DNA of 64,000 nt from Candidatus Poribacteria bacterium (GCA_965222225.1 CBDCTK010000002.1:2592001-2656000); one strand, 5' to 3'; positions 34,201 through 43,968 are shown, numbered from the stretch's first letter. Made by a program: numbers and translations. The notes: generated by a model from the sequence alone, not told the origin.

Positions 34201-35406
34201 GTTGGAAACAATGTTTATCGGCGCCTCGTCTAGACGGAAACTGGACGCATTGACAAGGTAGTATCCTTGCAACCCGTTTGGGAGATTGAAGATAGCCTCA
34301 CCGCCATCGTGGTTGAAAGCCAGCGGGTGGGTAAAGATGTTCTGTGTCCCGACACTCCCGGCAAAGTCGTAGCTTTTCCAGTACGCTCCATAGGGAGATG
34401 TATGCCGTTCCACCACCCGGTTGTTATTGGAGACGCCCGAATTGTTGAACCCCGCCCGCCAAACGCGCACTCCCGGCGCATTGATAAGGTTTCGGGCGAC
34501 ATCAACCTCCAATCGGGTCTCCAGCTCCCTATCCGTCAACGGCAGCGAAAGCAGGTCGTGATAAAGCGGTGGGGTTGAGGCGGTTGCAAGAAACCAGTCG
34601 ATATGAACCGACGGCACATCGGTCTTCATCTGTGTCTGCAACCGTCCGAGTTGATTCCGCAGTCCAAGCTGTGCGGGTGCATCAAATGCAATGTGGTAGG
34701 GGTATTCCTCCTCTATCTTGCTCCAGGCGTCAATGCGATCCCACTCGTAGTGTCGGAGGTCGATGTAGAAGATAGTGGCTTGCGGGTCGATTGGGATTGG
34801 GTTGATGACATCAAGTCCCCATGAGAGGCTGTTAACCAATTTATAGAGTGCTTTGCGATATTCACCAAGTAACTCCGGAGTTTCCCCTGCGTTATAGAGA
34901 TGGGTAAGTGTGAAGTAGCGGGCAAACGCTCGGTCAAACGCTGAAAGTGTGTTGAGGTGCGTCTCAATGCTCTTGAGTATTTCACCGGGCGAGATAAACC
35001 GGCTATTGGTCGTGGGAATTGTCGCCCAATCGGGTGCGCCCGATAGTATCCAGCGTCGAACGGTGTCAATCGACTGAGCGGGCAGGGGTGGTTGTCCGAA
35101 CGGCATCTGTGCGCCGCTTTCCGTGTTTCCAAGCAGGCGTTTATACAACTCGGACGCATCGGGGTTTCCCGGAACGACGGTCCCCCCTCCGATGAGCGCG
35201 TCGTGTTCCATGAGGAGAGTTTCTCGATACGCGCCGTCGGCCCCGTGGCAGATGAGGCAGCTTCCCTCAAAGATTGCGTAGGCGTCTTGCGCAATCTGCG
35301 ATTGGGCGGATACGTGTTGAGAACCCACGATGAAGGTCAATAGGCAGATAAATGCAACGCGATTCTGAGCACGAACCGGGGAAGAGATAGAATGACGTTT
35401 GAGCAT
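31297..35406 (-). CDS. Secreted c-type cytochrome / leucine-rich repeat / cohesin / dockerin protein with FlgD-Ig/T9SS-like C-terminal domain
   Basis: Signal peptide; CLICH in a planctomycete cytochrome c-like domain (V.PG.P..S.L...MP); second CIGCH; internalin-like LRRs (DLSPLAGLT.L); cohesin; dockerin pair (DVNRDGVVSILDL, DVNGDGVVNIFDL); tail NYPNPFNPETWIPY...RKMLIRK. Confidence 0.88.
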   Translation of the reverse strand: MLKRHSISSPVRAQNRVAFICLLTFIVGSQHVSAQSQIAQDAYAIFEGSCLICHGADGAYRETLLMEHDALIGGGTVVPGNPDASELYKRLLGNTESGAQMPFGQPPLPAQSIDTVRRWILSGAPDWATIPTTNSRFISPGEILKSIETHLNTLSAFDRAFARYFTLTHLYNAGETPELLGEYRKALYKLVNSLSWGLDVINPIPIDPQATIFYIDLRHYEWDRIDAWSKIEEEYPYHIAFDAPAQLGLRNQLGRLQTQMKTDVPSVHIDWFLATASTPPLYHDLLSLPLTDRELETRLEVDVARNLINAPGVRVWRAGFNNSGVSNNNRVVERHTSPYGAYWKSYDFAGSVGTQNIFTHPLAFNHDGGEAIFNLPNGLQGYYLVNASSFRLDEAPINIVSNPAASDPTVRNGLSCIGCHTEGMKTFEDQVRSVIESNTNPPYNKAQALRLYVEKSDMDARVGGDMERYREALEATGGVVGGVEPISRFHEAFQGPVDAAYAAAVVGLETEVFLEKVRENTGLQNIGLLALEGENGSVQRDTWTSSFRDVMYALDYPGQVGEPPVITQPDVIPGTQVYIPDPNLRTAIAEELGKSPNAPITVEDMEGLTFLSIIEGQDIRDLTGLQFATNLSSINGSGSKVSDLSPIAGLTQLKALDIDFIDSPSVIHDAKQLSRLVNLTFLALHGVEDLTPLAGLPKLEQLFVSHSNIRDLSPLAGLVNLELIHMGTSASDLSPLAGLTKLRHLYLPGGDISDLTPLAGLTGLEELYLFGNDVADISPLAGLTDLKRLDFSRNDISDISSLAGLSNLKWLNLHNNIISDISALAGLSNLTWLDVSVNEISDLSPLDGLRPNMKSLRTYDNPGFPQGGPKIGGPWLWVLLPDTILDSSTDLLSEASDGTVTEVDVATQGATVGKSVGDDVWTSHQLPSTDRNNIGGMLSDGVIYGTISLYSPREQKTRMHVGNDEGLKVWLNGDLVYEVLGDRALELDYNDFFPVTLQQGKNVLLVAVFSPSFDTGAFFGFEPNTEYTVGTGVGYAFSETPIHIGDTFSLDIRAENVFDLAGWQFDIAFDSFVLEAIDTSEGDFLKTDGGTVFFQAGRIDNANGKIMGLKAALLSDSGVSGSGPLLQVRFKAKSEGETAVALGNFQLGSFTGENIPAGPHEITFIVEERLMTGDVNRDGVVSILDLILVARQLGRSVPANSSVDVNGDGVVNIFDLTLVAQGIGGTAAPPAHGLESKTIETWIAQARLADDGSIAFRQAIANLEVLSASMIPSETALLPNYPNPFNPETWIPYQLAAPAEVTLTIYDMNGGTVRRFEMGHQAAGLYQSHSRALYWDGRNGGGEPVASGIYFYTLTAGDFTATRKMLIRK

Positions 35407-35715
35407 AGGGCGTATCTCCTTTATGAAGAACCAATTTCATGTCGGGAACGATGGGGGCACTTCGGTCTCTGAGCTAGCACCAGAGGTTTATAGAATAGCA
35501 CAGCGACAAAAGATGTGTCAATCTTAATAGCAGAGGATAACAGGGAGATTTCATCTAGATTCTTGGTTGTAGGTGTGTTCTCTACCTTGCTATAGACTAG
35601 ACGTGTAATGAAGAGCGTCTTGAAGCTGGGTTTCGCTGTGCTCAACCCAGCTTACGGGCTCTAGCAAGAAGTCGCGACTCGGAAGGGCGTGCCGTGTTGT
35701 GCCATGAGTTCAACC

Positions 35716-35744
35716 TTGACTTTTCGGTGGTGATGCATTATGCT
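35716..35744 (+). promoter_or_regulatory. Putative promoter of pyrD
   Basis: TTGACT-17 bp-TATGCT. Confidence 0.5.
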
Positions 35745-35778
35745 TTTTCCACTTGTAAAGGTTGGGGTGAGTTGGCTG

Positions 35779-36711
35779 ATGCAGGCAAATTCTATTTCGC
35801 TTGAAGTGAATGTGGCGGGTATCCGCATGAGGACGCCGGTCATGGTCGCGTCGGGGACATTTGGCTATGGGAGCGAGTACGTTGACTTCGTCGACCTCAA
35901 TCAACTGGGTGCCATTGTTGTCAAGGGTATCACAGGCGAGCCGTGGCCCGGCAACCCGATGCAGCGAATCATTGAGACGCCATCGGGAATGCTGAATGCC
36001 ATCGGGTTGCAGAACGTGGGCGTCGATGGCTTTATCTCGGAGAAGTTGCCCTACCTACGGGATTTCGACGTGCCTGTGGTGATCAACGTCTGCGGCGAGA
36101 CGCTGGAGGAGTATTGTGAGGTTACGGAGAAACTTGATGCGACGGCGGGTGTTGCCGCGATAGAGCTGAATATCTCGTGCCCGAATCTCGATTGCGGCGG
36201 GATGAGTTTCGGCGTCGATTCCCGGTTGGCTAACAATCTCGTCAAACATGTGAGAGAAAAAACAGGGTTGCCGTTGCTGGTCAAATTATCGCCGAATGTC
36301 ACGGACATTGCCGAGATTGCCCGCGCTATCGAAGACGCCGGCGCGGACGGGCTTTCCGTGATTAACACGCTGCTCGGTATGGCGATTGATGCCAAGACTC
36401 GTCGTCCCCAACTCGCCAACCTGACCGGCGGTCTGTCGGGTCCCGCGATTAAGCCGGTCGCGCTGCGTATGGTATGGCAGGTCTACAACGCGGTCAAGAT
36501 TCCAATCGTCGGCATGGGGGGCATCATGACGGGAGAGGACGCGGTAGAGTTTTTCATCGCGGGGGCTTCGGCGGTAGCGGTCGGCACGGCGAATTTCGTC
36601 AATCCGCGCGCCTCGCTTGATGTGACCGACGGGATTCGCGAGTATCTGGAAACGCACGGGTTTGATTCGGTTAAGGAGCTGGTTGGGAGTTTGGTGCAGC
36701 AAGCAGATTAA
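35779..36711 (+). CDS. pyrD: Dihydroorotate dehydrogenase, family 1B catalytic subunit
   Basis: ASGTFG, NAIGLQN, ELNISCPN, VKLSPNV, INT, GGLSGPAIKP. Confidence 0.95.
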   Translation: MQANSISLEVNVAGIRMRTPVMVASGTFGYGSEYVDFVDLNQLGAIVVKGITGEPWPGNPMQRIIETPSGMLNAIGLQNVGVDGFISEKLPYLRDFDVPVVINVCGETLEEYCEVTEKLDATAGVAAIELNISCPNLDCGGMSFGVDSRLANNLVKHVREKTGLPLLVKLSPNVTDIAEIARAIEDAGADGLSVINTLLGMAIDAKTRRPQLANLTGGLSGPAIKPVALRMVWQVYNAVKIPIVGMGGIMTGEDAVEFFIAGASAVAVGTANFVNPRASLDVTDGIREYLETHGFDSVKELVGSLVQQAD

Positions 36712-37061
36712 GCGAGTTTCAGTATCGCAGTTTGTCTTCTGAAGGGATTAGGACGAATGGGATTGGAAGGTTGGAAGATTTTCGCCCGCGCCATCGTCAA
36801 TTCTCAGGGGTGGTGGAGAGGTAGGCAATTGCTACAGACATAGTGCTCCTTTTTGTAGGGAACGCAGATCTGCGTTCCCTACAAAAAGCAAACCGGTGAT
36901 TACTAAGTTACCCTAGTGGCTGCATAGGCGGCAATTTTGATGCTGCTGGTTTAAGCGCAGACGTTTGCCCTACATTTGCTCTAGAGATTAATAGACTAAA
37001 CAGTTACAACCACTACAACCACGAGAAAGCATCGCAGTTTTGAAGATTTGAGGCAGCGACC

Positions 37062-38141
37062 ATGAGACATCTCATCACGCTTGATGATTTATCGGACTTT
37101 GAGATTCGCCAGATTTTTCGACTCGCTGATCAGATGCGGACGAATTTGGCGACGTGGTCGGGCTTCTGTCAGGGCAAGCTGTTGGCAACGCTGTTTTATG
37201 AGCCTAGCACGCGAACGCGGCTATCGTTTGAAAGCGCGATGGAGCGGTTGAACGGACGGACATTGGGGTTTGCCGATCCGCACGCGGCGTCGGTTGCAAA
37301 GGGCGAAACCATCGCCGATACCGCACGGATGGTGACGAATTACGCTGACCTCATCGTGGTGCGCCACAGTTTAGCGGGGGCGGCACGGGTTATGGCGCAT
37401 TACGCCAACATACCGGTCATCAACGGCGGTGACGGCAGCCATGCGCATCCAACGCAAGCGCTTACGGACATGTACACAGTGATAGCGCGGAAAGGAGACG
37501 TGAAGGGGCTGGCGGTCGGTATCTGCGGCGACCTGCGCTATGGGCGAGCGGCTCACTCCTTTGCACTTGCCATCGCGCGATTCGGAGGCAGACTGATCCA
37601 TATCGCGCCGCAGTGTTTTCAGATGCCGAACTGGGTTCTCACGCAAATCAAGCATCTTTACGGGCAGGTGCCAACGGAGACCTCCCACCTCGCGCACGTG
37701 ATTGGCGAACTTGACGTTATCTATGTGAATCGACTTCAGGAGGAACGTTTGCCGGCTGATGTCGATCCGGAAACGGCACGTTCAAGCTACCTTGTCAATG
37801 CCGATGTGATGCGGAACGCCAAATCGGATGCGATGATAATGCACCCCCTGCCTCGCGTCAACGAGCTTTCCTATGAGTTGGACGAAGACCCGCGAGCCGC
37901 CTATTTCGAACAATCCGCAAACGCGATTCCGACCCGCATGGCCTTGATAGCGAGTTTTACGGGACTTGAAGAACTGATCTTGACACAGCCCCCTACACGC
38001 GAAATCTCTATAGGTAACCAACAGTGCCATAACCCGAACTGCGTCACCGCTTCTGAAAATTATCTGCAACCTGAAATTGAGGGGCGCGCAGGCGAGGAGC
38101 CTATAACTTCGTGTGCACATTGCGGAGTAATCATATCCTAA
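37062..38141 (+). CDS. pyrB: Aspartate carbamoyltransferase with fused PyrI-like C-terminal zinc domain
   Basis: FYEPSTRTRLSF, HPTQAL, GDLRYGR, RLQEER, MHPLPR; tail CHNPNC...CAHC. Confidence 0.93.
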   Translation: MRHLITLDDLSDFEIRQIFRLADQMRTNLATWSGFCQGKLLATLFYEPSTRTRLSFESAMERLNGRTLGFADPHAASVAKGETIADTARMVTNYADLIVVRHSLAGAARVMAHYANIPVINGGDGSHAHPTQALTDMYTVIARKGDVKGLAVGICGDLRYGRAAHSFALAIARFGGRLIHIAPQCFQMPNWVLTQIKHLYGQVPTETSHLAHVIGELDVIYVNRLQEERLPADVDPETARSSYLVNADVMRNAKSDAMIMHPLPRVNELSYELDEDPRAAYFEQSANAIPTRMALIASFTGLEELILTQPPTREISIGNQQCHNPNCVTASENYLQPEIEGRAGEEPITSCAHCGVIIS

Positions 38142-38162
38142 TCTGGGAGCAAACCATTTACG

Positions 38163-39017
38163 ATGGATTTTCACAAATATCATGCACTCGGTAACGACTA
38201 CATCGTCATCGATCCGAACAGAAACGAGATTAGTTTGACGGATGCGAATATCCAACGAATCTGCCACCGAAACTTCGGAATTGGATCGGACGGGATTCTT
38301 TATGGGCCGCTCTTTGACGGCGGGGAGATCTCGTTGAAGATTTTGAATCCCGATGGCAGCGAGGCGGAAAAGAGCGGCAACGGCATCAGGATTTTTTCCA
38401 AGTATCTCTTCGATGAAGCTTACGTCGAAGGCAGAAAGTTCAGACTCCAGACGCTCGGCGGGGAGGTGGCTGTCGAGATTCTGGACGATCAGGTGCGACG
38501 GATCAAGGTCGATATGGGCACTGTGACCTTCGTCAGCGATGAAATCCCGGTTAGCGGAGAGCGACGCGAAGTGGTCGACGAAACCTTGAAAGTGGGAGAT
38601 GAGGAGTTCAAAGTGACGTGTGCGTCCGTCGGCAACCCGCACTGCGTCATTCCGATGCCGGAGATTTCCAAGGAAATGGCGCTTAAACTTGGGCCGCCTG
38701 TGGAAATTCACCCGCTGTTTCCGAACAAGATTAACGTGCAACTGTTGAAGGTCATCGATCGGCGGAACATCCAGATTGAGATTTGGGAACGAGGCGCGGG
38801 ATACACGTTGGCGTCGGGGAGCAGCAGTTGCGCGGCGGCGAGCGCCGCACACAAGCTGGGGCATGTAGACAGTGAGCTCACGGTGCATAGCCCCGGCGGG
38901 CAGATTGAAATTGAGATTAAATCGGACGGGCACATTTTCATGACGGGCGGCGTAACGGGGGTGATGTCGGGGCAATTCAAACCTGATTTGCGAGAGGAAT
39001 TGGGAATGAACGCATGA
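38163..39017 (+). CDS. dapF: Diaminopimelate epimerase-like protein
   Basis: KYHALGNDY, R.FGIGSDG, N.DGSEAEKSGNG, GNPHCV, WERGAG.TLASGS; both catalytic Cys positions read Ser. Confidence 0.85.
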   Translation: MDFHKYHALGNDYIVIDPNRNEISLTDANIQRICHRNFGIGSDGILYGPLFDGGEISLKILNPDGSEAEKSGNGIRIFSKYLFDEAYVEGRKFRLQTLGGEVAVEILDDQVRRIKVDMGTVTFVSDEIPVSGERREVVDETLKVGDEEFKVTCASVGNPHCVIPMPEISKEMALKLGPPVEIHPLFPNKINVQLLKVIDRRNIQIEIWERGAGYTLASGSSSCAAASAAHKLGHVDSELTVHSPGGQIEIEIKSDGHIFMTGGVTGVMSGQFKPDLREELGMNA

Positions 39018-39217
39018 CGGGCGTGTGTCAATCAAGCGTTGAAGAAAAGCGGGGGACATTTTGATTATCTGGCTTATTTGGTTGGCCATTGAAAAAATCC
39101 ATCCCTGGCGCTTTCAAAGGCTGGTGCGCAGTGCGCACCCTACAAATGTACAAAGTCGAATTGAGAATCTGTACGTTTATCTACGGACCATACCGGAGTT
39201 GAGGTGCGTGTGTTCAA

Positions 39218-40561
39218 ATGGCTTCCATACGAAGGAATCGCTTTTCAGCTTCGCTATTTGTGTCCATACTCCTGCATTTGATGTTAGCCATTTTGCTGTT
39301 CCGGACCGTAACGCATGAGTATAAGGAGGAGGAGTTCATCACGCTAGATTGGGTCAAGCTACCGCCCGAAAAGCGCACAGTGAAGCCCGAAGTTATCAAG
39401 CGCCCGCAGCCAAGAGCGGCAACCCCAAAAACGCTCAATATACAGCGAAATCGGGTAGATCCTAATTCGAAGCCGGTTGAAGTGAAAGTGGCGTCCCGTG
39501 ATTCGCTTGAGTTTGTTCGAGAAGACTTTGACATATCCGTGGACACGCCTGAGGCGAGGGCAGCGAATCTAAGAACCGCGGCGAATATTCCGGTGAGGCC
39601 GCACGATAGTTCAGTACGCGAAACGGACGATGAAGCAGGTGAAGGGGATGAGGGATTACTCATTGGAAGGGCGCAAAAGCCTAGCAGCGGCAAATTTAAG
39701 TCAATTCGCCTGTCGTCATCAATAATTGAGTCAACAGGGGCGGTTGATTCGGTGAATTCCGAAGACTCGGATTTTTCGGGCCGCGAACTTGTTCCCGAAA
39801 ACAAACTGGGCGCGGTGCTCGTAGGAGAAGGCCCCGACTTGGAGGGGCACATCCGACTCATCAGACTCAAACATTCGCTCTCGGACTGGTGGCAAGATCC
39901 GACTGCACTCCCAAGTTTTATGAAATGGCTCGCCGAGAATACGCGCCTGCGTGCCGATATGAAATTTAAGGGCGGGTCTCTTCGGATGACCGATCCGGAC
40001 ATTATGGACTCACCGCTTGTCTTCATGACCGGACATGACAAGGATATTACCGTTTCGCGCAGTCTAAAAAAGGGAGGGGCATTGACCGGCACTTTTTCTG
40101 CGGAGGAGCGTGCCGCCCTTCGGAAATATATCGTTGAGCGCGGCGGGATGCTGTTTTTTGACGACTGCGGGTTTAACGGTCTGTTTGCGCAACAGGTCGC
40201 GCTCGAACTTGACAAAATCTTTCCGGAATTCCCGCTAGAGCCTATTTCGCATGACCACGAAATCTACAACTCTTATTATCAGCTTTCGGTACCACCCACT
40301 GGCGGCGATGTTTATTGGGGGTCTGAGAACAATCCGAAAACCTCCAAGTTCAAATATCAGAAAGGCATTAGCGTCGGACGCCGTCTGGGCGTGGTTTATA
40401 ATCGCAAAGACTATATGTGCGCAATGGAAACGGCGGAAATCCCAAGCCGCACGATGCTCCGCATGCGCCGCTCCCCGGATGTCCTCCGTTTTATGACCAA
40501 TCTCTTGGTTTACACCATGAAGTACGGCGGCAATACGGACAGATCCAATTATAAGCGGTAA
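39218..40561 (+). CDS. Membrane-anchored DUF4159 protein
   Basis: N-terminal TM with SILLH, low-complexity linker, C-terminal FMTGH...E..ALR.Y..RGG.LFFDDC...H.IY pattern. Confidence 0.78.
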   Translation: MASIRRNRFSASLFVSILLHLMLAILLFRTVTHEYKEEEFITLDWVKLPPEKRTVKPEVIKRPQPRAATPKTLNIQRNRVDPNSKPVEVKVASRDSLEFVREDFDISVDTPEARAANLRTAANIPVRPHDSSVRETDDEAGEGDEGLLIGRAQKPSSGKFKSIRLSSSIIESTGAVDSVNSEDSDFSGRELVPENKLGAVLVGEGPDLEGHIRLIRLKHSLSDWWQDPTALPSFMKWLAENTRLRADMKFKGGSLRMTDPDIMDSPLVFMTGHDKDITVSRSLKKGGALTGTFSAEERAALRKYIVERGGMLFFDDCGFNGLFAQQVALELDKIFPEFPLEPISHDHEIYNSYYQLSVPPTGGDVYWGSENNPKTSKFKYQKGISVGRRLGVVYNRKDYMCAMETAEIPSRTMLRMRRSPDVLRFMTNLLVYTMKYGGNTDRSNYKR

Positions 40562-40609
40562 CCGTTCGGTCTCGCCGCTTTTATCTTTTTTACCCACCGA
40601 CTCGCCCCC

Positions 40610-42061
40610 ATGGACAACATTCTGCACTTCCCGATTACGGCGCTTGCAAATCTCATTCACACCGGCGAAATCTCTCCTGTGGAGCTGATTGAATCCACGT
40701 TTACAGAAATTGACGGACACAACCCGCAACTGAACGCCTTCATTACGCTATTTCGAGAACAGAGTCTTGAAGCGGCGAGGCAGGCGGAACTAGAGATTCG
40801 CGACGGGCGGATTCGGGGAATTTTGCACGGGATTCCGGTTGCGATAAAGGACATTATCCACGTTGCAGGGGCGCCTACCACATGCGGATCGAAGTTTTTT
40901 TCGGTTAATCCTTCTCAACCGGATGCAACTATCACGGCGAAACTGAAAGCCGCGGGGGCGATAATCGTTGGTAAAACCAATTTGCACGAGTTCGCCTACG
41001 GCGTGACGACAGAAAATCCGCACTTTGGCACAACCGCTAATCCATGGGACACGTCGCGAGTGGCGGGGGGATCGAGTGGCGGCTCGGCGGTTGCCGTCGT
41101 CGCGGGCTTTTGTGCCGGCGCGCTGGGCACCGACACCGGCGGATCCGTTCGCATTCCGGCGGCGATGTGCGGGGCTGTCGGGTTGAAACCCACCTACGGA
41201 CGAGTTGGTGTCAGCGGGGTCGTCGAACTCGCACAATCGCTGGACTGTGTTGGTCCGATATGCCGCCGTGTTGCGGATATCGGGATCATGATGAATACGC
41301 TTGCCGGGTATGACAGCTGCGATGTGAATAGCGAGAATCGACCTGTGCCTGACTACGCGCAAGCGTTGGGAGGTTCAGTCAATGGGATGAAAGCCGGCGT
41401 GCCGCCGCAGCATTGTTTTGAAGATCTCCATCCGGACGTGGAAACCAGCGTCGCCGAAGCGGTTGAAGTCTTGGCGAAGTTGGGAGTGGATGTGATTGAA
41501 CTCGATCTGCCTTCCATTCCCGATGCGCACCAAGCTACGTTGACCATGTTGATGGCGGAGGCGAGCCATTTTCATCAAAGGCGCCTTGCCGAGAATCGGG
41601 AGGATTACGGTCTTGATGTGCGCGAGATGCTAGAGAACGGTCAGAAGTTCTCCGCGGCGGACTACGTTACCGCCGTTCGGTCACGTGAACGCACTCGCCG
41701 TGAATTCGCTCGTGCTTTTGAGCGGGTGGGTTTCATTCTCACGCCCACCGTACCTGTGCCCGCTCCGCTTCGTTCCATGATGGATGCTTCGGACGGAAGC
41801 GACTCCAACTTGATTCGACCACGCCTAACTCAGAACACGCGAATCTTCAATCTGCTCGGATTGCCCGCCATCTCGGTGCCGTGTGGATTCACGAAAGACG
41901 GCTTGCCGGTGGGGCTTCAGATTGTCGGGCGATGGTGGTCTGAAAGGGAGTTGCTTCAAGTTGCGCACGCCTACGAACAGGCGACGCCGTGGCATAGGGT
42001 GCATCCTAGTGGCAGCGGTGCGGAAGCTGCCGAGAACTCTGTATCCACCATTCACGATTGA
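40610..42061 (+). CDS. Amidase signature family protein (GatA-like)
   Basis: GIPVAIKD, GKTNLHEFA, GGSSGGSA, GTDTGGSVRIPA, GLKPTYG; no gatB/gatC nearby. Confidence 0.9.
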   Translation: MDNILHFPITALANLIHTGEISPVELIESTFTEIDGHNPQLNAFITLFREQSLEAARQAELEIRDGRIRGILHGIPVAIKDIIHVAGAPTTCGSKFFSVNPSQPDATITAKLKAAGAIIVGKTNLHEFAYGVTTENPHFGTTANPWDTSRVAGGSSGGSAVAVVAGFCAGALGTDTGGSVRIPAAMCGAVGLKPTYGRVGVSGVVELAQSLDCVGPICRRVADIGIMMNTLAGYDSCDVNSENRPVPDYAQALGGSVNGMKAGVPPQHCFEDLHPDVETSVAEAVEVLAKLGVDVIELDLPSIPDAHQATLTMLMAEASHFHQRRLAENREDYGLDVREMLENGQKFSAADYVTAVRSRERTRREFARAFERVGFILTPTVPVPAPLRSMMDASDGSDSNLIRPRLTQNTRIFNLLGLPAISVPCGFTKDGLPVGLQIVGRWWSERELLQVAHAYEQATPWHRVHPSGSGAEAAENSVSTIHD

Positions 42062-42102
42062 AAAGCAGGGGCACCCACAAACATAAAGATGAGGAATGAA
42101 TA

Positions 42103-43074
42103 ATGAAAAAGAGCGCCCCAAAAAATCGCACTCTGACCTGTAGTGAGGAAGAGATGAATCGCCTTTCGAATGCTATCCTTCAAGTGGAATGTCCTGTCAG
42201 TGAGAAAGAGATTACGGACAAGATTATCGGAGGAGACACGTTTGAAGTTTGTGGCTATCTGCCAAGGGGATTCGTCAATCTGCTGGTGCTCGACCCGCCG
42301 TACAATCTGTCTAAGGATTACAATGGACACGTATTCAAAACACAGGGAAAAGACAGCTATCAGAAGTGGTTCCTAAACGCCATCGAAGTCTTGACCCCCA
42401 CGCTTGCGGGAGATGCGACGGTTTATGTCTGCTCAGATTGGAGGACATCTGTGTTGATAACACCCATCCTCGAATCACACTTTCACGTCCGAAATCGAAT
42501 CACTTGGGAACGGGAGAAAGGTCGTGGAGCCAAAACCAATTGGAAAAACAACACGGAGGATATTTGGTTCTGTACCGCCTCCGAAAATTTTAATTTTGAT
42601 GTGGATGCGGTAAAGCTCAAGCGTAAGGTGAATGCCCCGTATAAAATTGATGGGATGCCGAAGGATTGGGAAGCAGAGGAGACGGGCAACTATCGCCTCA
42701 CTCACCCATCGAATATCTGGACAGATATAACAATTCCTTTTTGGTCTATGCCTGAAAACACAGACCACCCGACACAGAAGCCGGAAAAACTGATTGCCAA
42801 ACTGATTTTAGCCAGTTCCAAAGAAGGGGATTTTGTACTAGATCCGTTCCTAGGCAGCGGAACAACCGCAGTGGTGGCGAAAAAACTTGGGAGACGTTTC
42901 TGTGGAATAGAACGTAATCGTGAATATTGCTGCTGGGCGCACAAACGCTTAGAGCTTGCCACCGGAGATTCGACGATTCAGGGATATACTGATGGGGTAT
43001 TCTGGGAACGAAATACCCTAAGCGGCCAGTCGAAACCCACTCACGCAGCGCCCCAGCAGAGAGAGTTATTCTGA
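42103..43074 (+). CDS. Site-specific DNA methyltransferase (N4C/N6A, beta class)
   Basis: DPPYN before HPTQKP and DPFLGSGTT. Confidence 0.92.
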   Translation: MKKSAPKNRTLTCSEEEMNRLSNAILQVECPVSEKEITDKIIGGDTFEVCGYLPRGFVNLLVLDPPYNLSKDYNGHVFKTQGKDSYQKWFLNAIEVLTPTLAGDATVYVCSDWRTSVLITPILESHFHVRNRITWEREKGRGAKTNWKNNTEDIWFCTASENFNFDVDAVKLKRKVNAPYKIDGMPKDWEAEETGNYRLTHPSNIWTDITIPFWSMPENTDHPTQKPEKLIAKLILASSKEGDFVLDPFLGSGTTAVVAKKLGRRFCGIERNREYCCWAHKRLELATGDSTIQGYTDGVFWERNTLSGQSKPTHAAPQQRELF

Positions 43075-43742
43075 TGAAATCAACATTCTATTACAAGGGT
43101 CATTATTTGGATGTCGCTGGCAGCATCAAAAACTACATCAATTCATCACCAGAGTTTCTTTCGCAACAAACAGCTGGGAGCACCCGAGCCGTGGGAGATG
43201 CGCTAGAGTCATTATTGGCCGAGAAATTTGACACTTTTTTGGGAGATTGGTGCGCCGAGTATTCGAATGACTTTGCACGACGCGCAATGGCAGATCTCGC
43301 ATTTACTGACAACGAGGGATTCTATACTGTTGTTGATGTAAAGACACACCGAGAAGATACAAAGTTCAATATGCCGAATCTTACCTCCGTTGAGCGATTG
43401 GCAAGATTCTATGAATCGGATTCAAACATCTTCTGTTTGATATTGATAAGATACGCAATTCAGGGTACCAAGGTTACCGCCACCGAGGTCACATTTACTC
43501 CAATTGAATTCTTGAGTTGGGAATGCTTAACTGTAGGTGCATTGGGCTGGGGACAAATTCAAATTGCAAACTCAAACAACATCAAAATGGTCGATGGCTA
43601 TTCTCGGAAAAAGTGGATGCTCGAACTTTGCGACACGTTGTTTGAGTTTTATCCAAAGGAGATTCAAAAAATACAGGAAAGAGTAGGAAGGTTTGAAGAC
43701 GTGAAGGCACACTGGGAATCACGAGAGGATGTCTGGTGTTAA
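43074..43742 (+). CDS. Putative type II restriction endonuclease (HincII-like)
   Basis: Coupled (TGATG) to the MTase; ADLAF...VDVKTH PD-(D/E)XK core; PNLTSV.RL and GQIQ resemble HincII-family motifs. Confidence 0.7.
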   Translation: MKSTFYYKGHYLDVAGSIKNYINSSPEFLSQQTAGSTRAVGDALESLLAEKFDTFLGDWCAEYSNDFARRAMADLAFTDNEGFYTVVDVKTHREDTKFNMPNLTSVERLARFYESDSNIFCLILIRYAIQGTKVTATEVTFTPIEFLSWECLTVGALGWGQIQIANSNNIKMVDGYSRKKWMLELCDTLFEFYPKEIQKIQERVGRFEDVKAHWESREDVWC

Positions 43743-43860
43743 CCTAGGACAATTTCCGTGACACAATCAGAAGAGTTATGAGAATGCGATTCACCTGTAC
43801 CCAGTTTCCTGGTGAAGCGTATCTCAAGGAATTTCTATGCCCGTAAGCTTGGAAAGAGGA

Positions 43861-43889
43861 TTGACAGCAAAAGCGAGTTATGCTACTAT
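43861..43889 (+). promoter_or_regulatory. Sigma70 promoter for the ParB-like gene
   Basis: TTGACA-17 bp-TACTAT with extended TG. Confidence 0.65.
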
Positions 43890-43968
43890 GCCCAAGCGAA
43901 TTGCTCTGCCCAAACCAGCGACGAAGCGTTCACGATGCGACGGGAATTAGCAAAAACTAAGGTGAAAC

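Noticed and set aside
37782-40215. Long antisense ORFs (435 aa and 333 aa)
   Set aside because: Shadows of pyrB/dapF and the DUF4159 gene, with no motifs.
40610-42061. gatA assignment
   Set aside because: No gatB/gatC and only generic amidase motifs.
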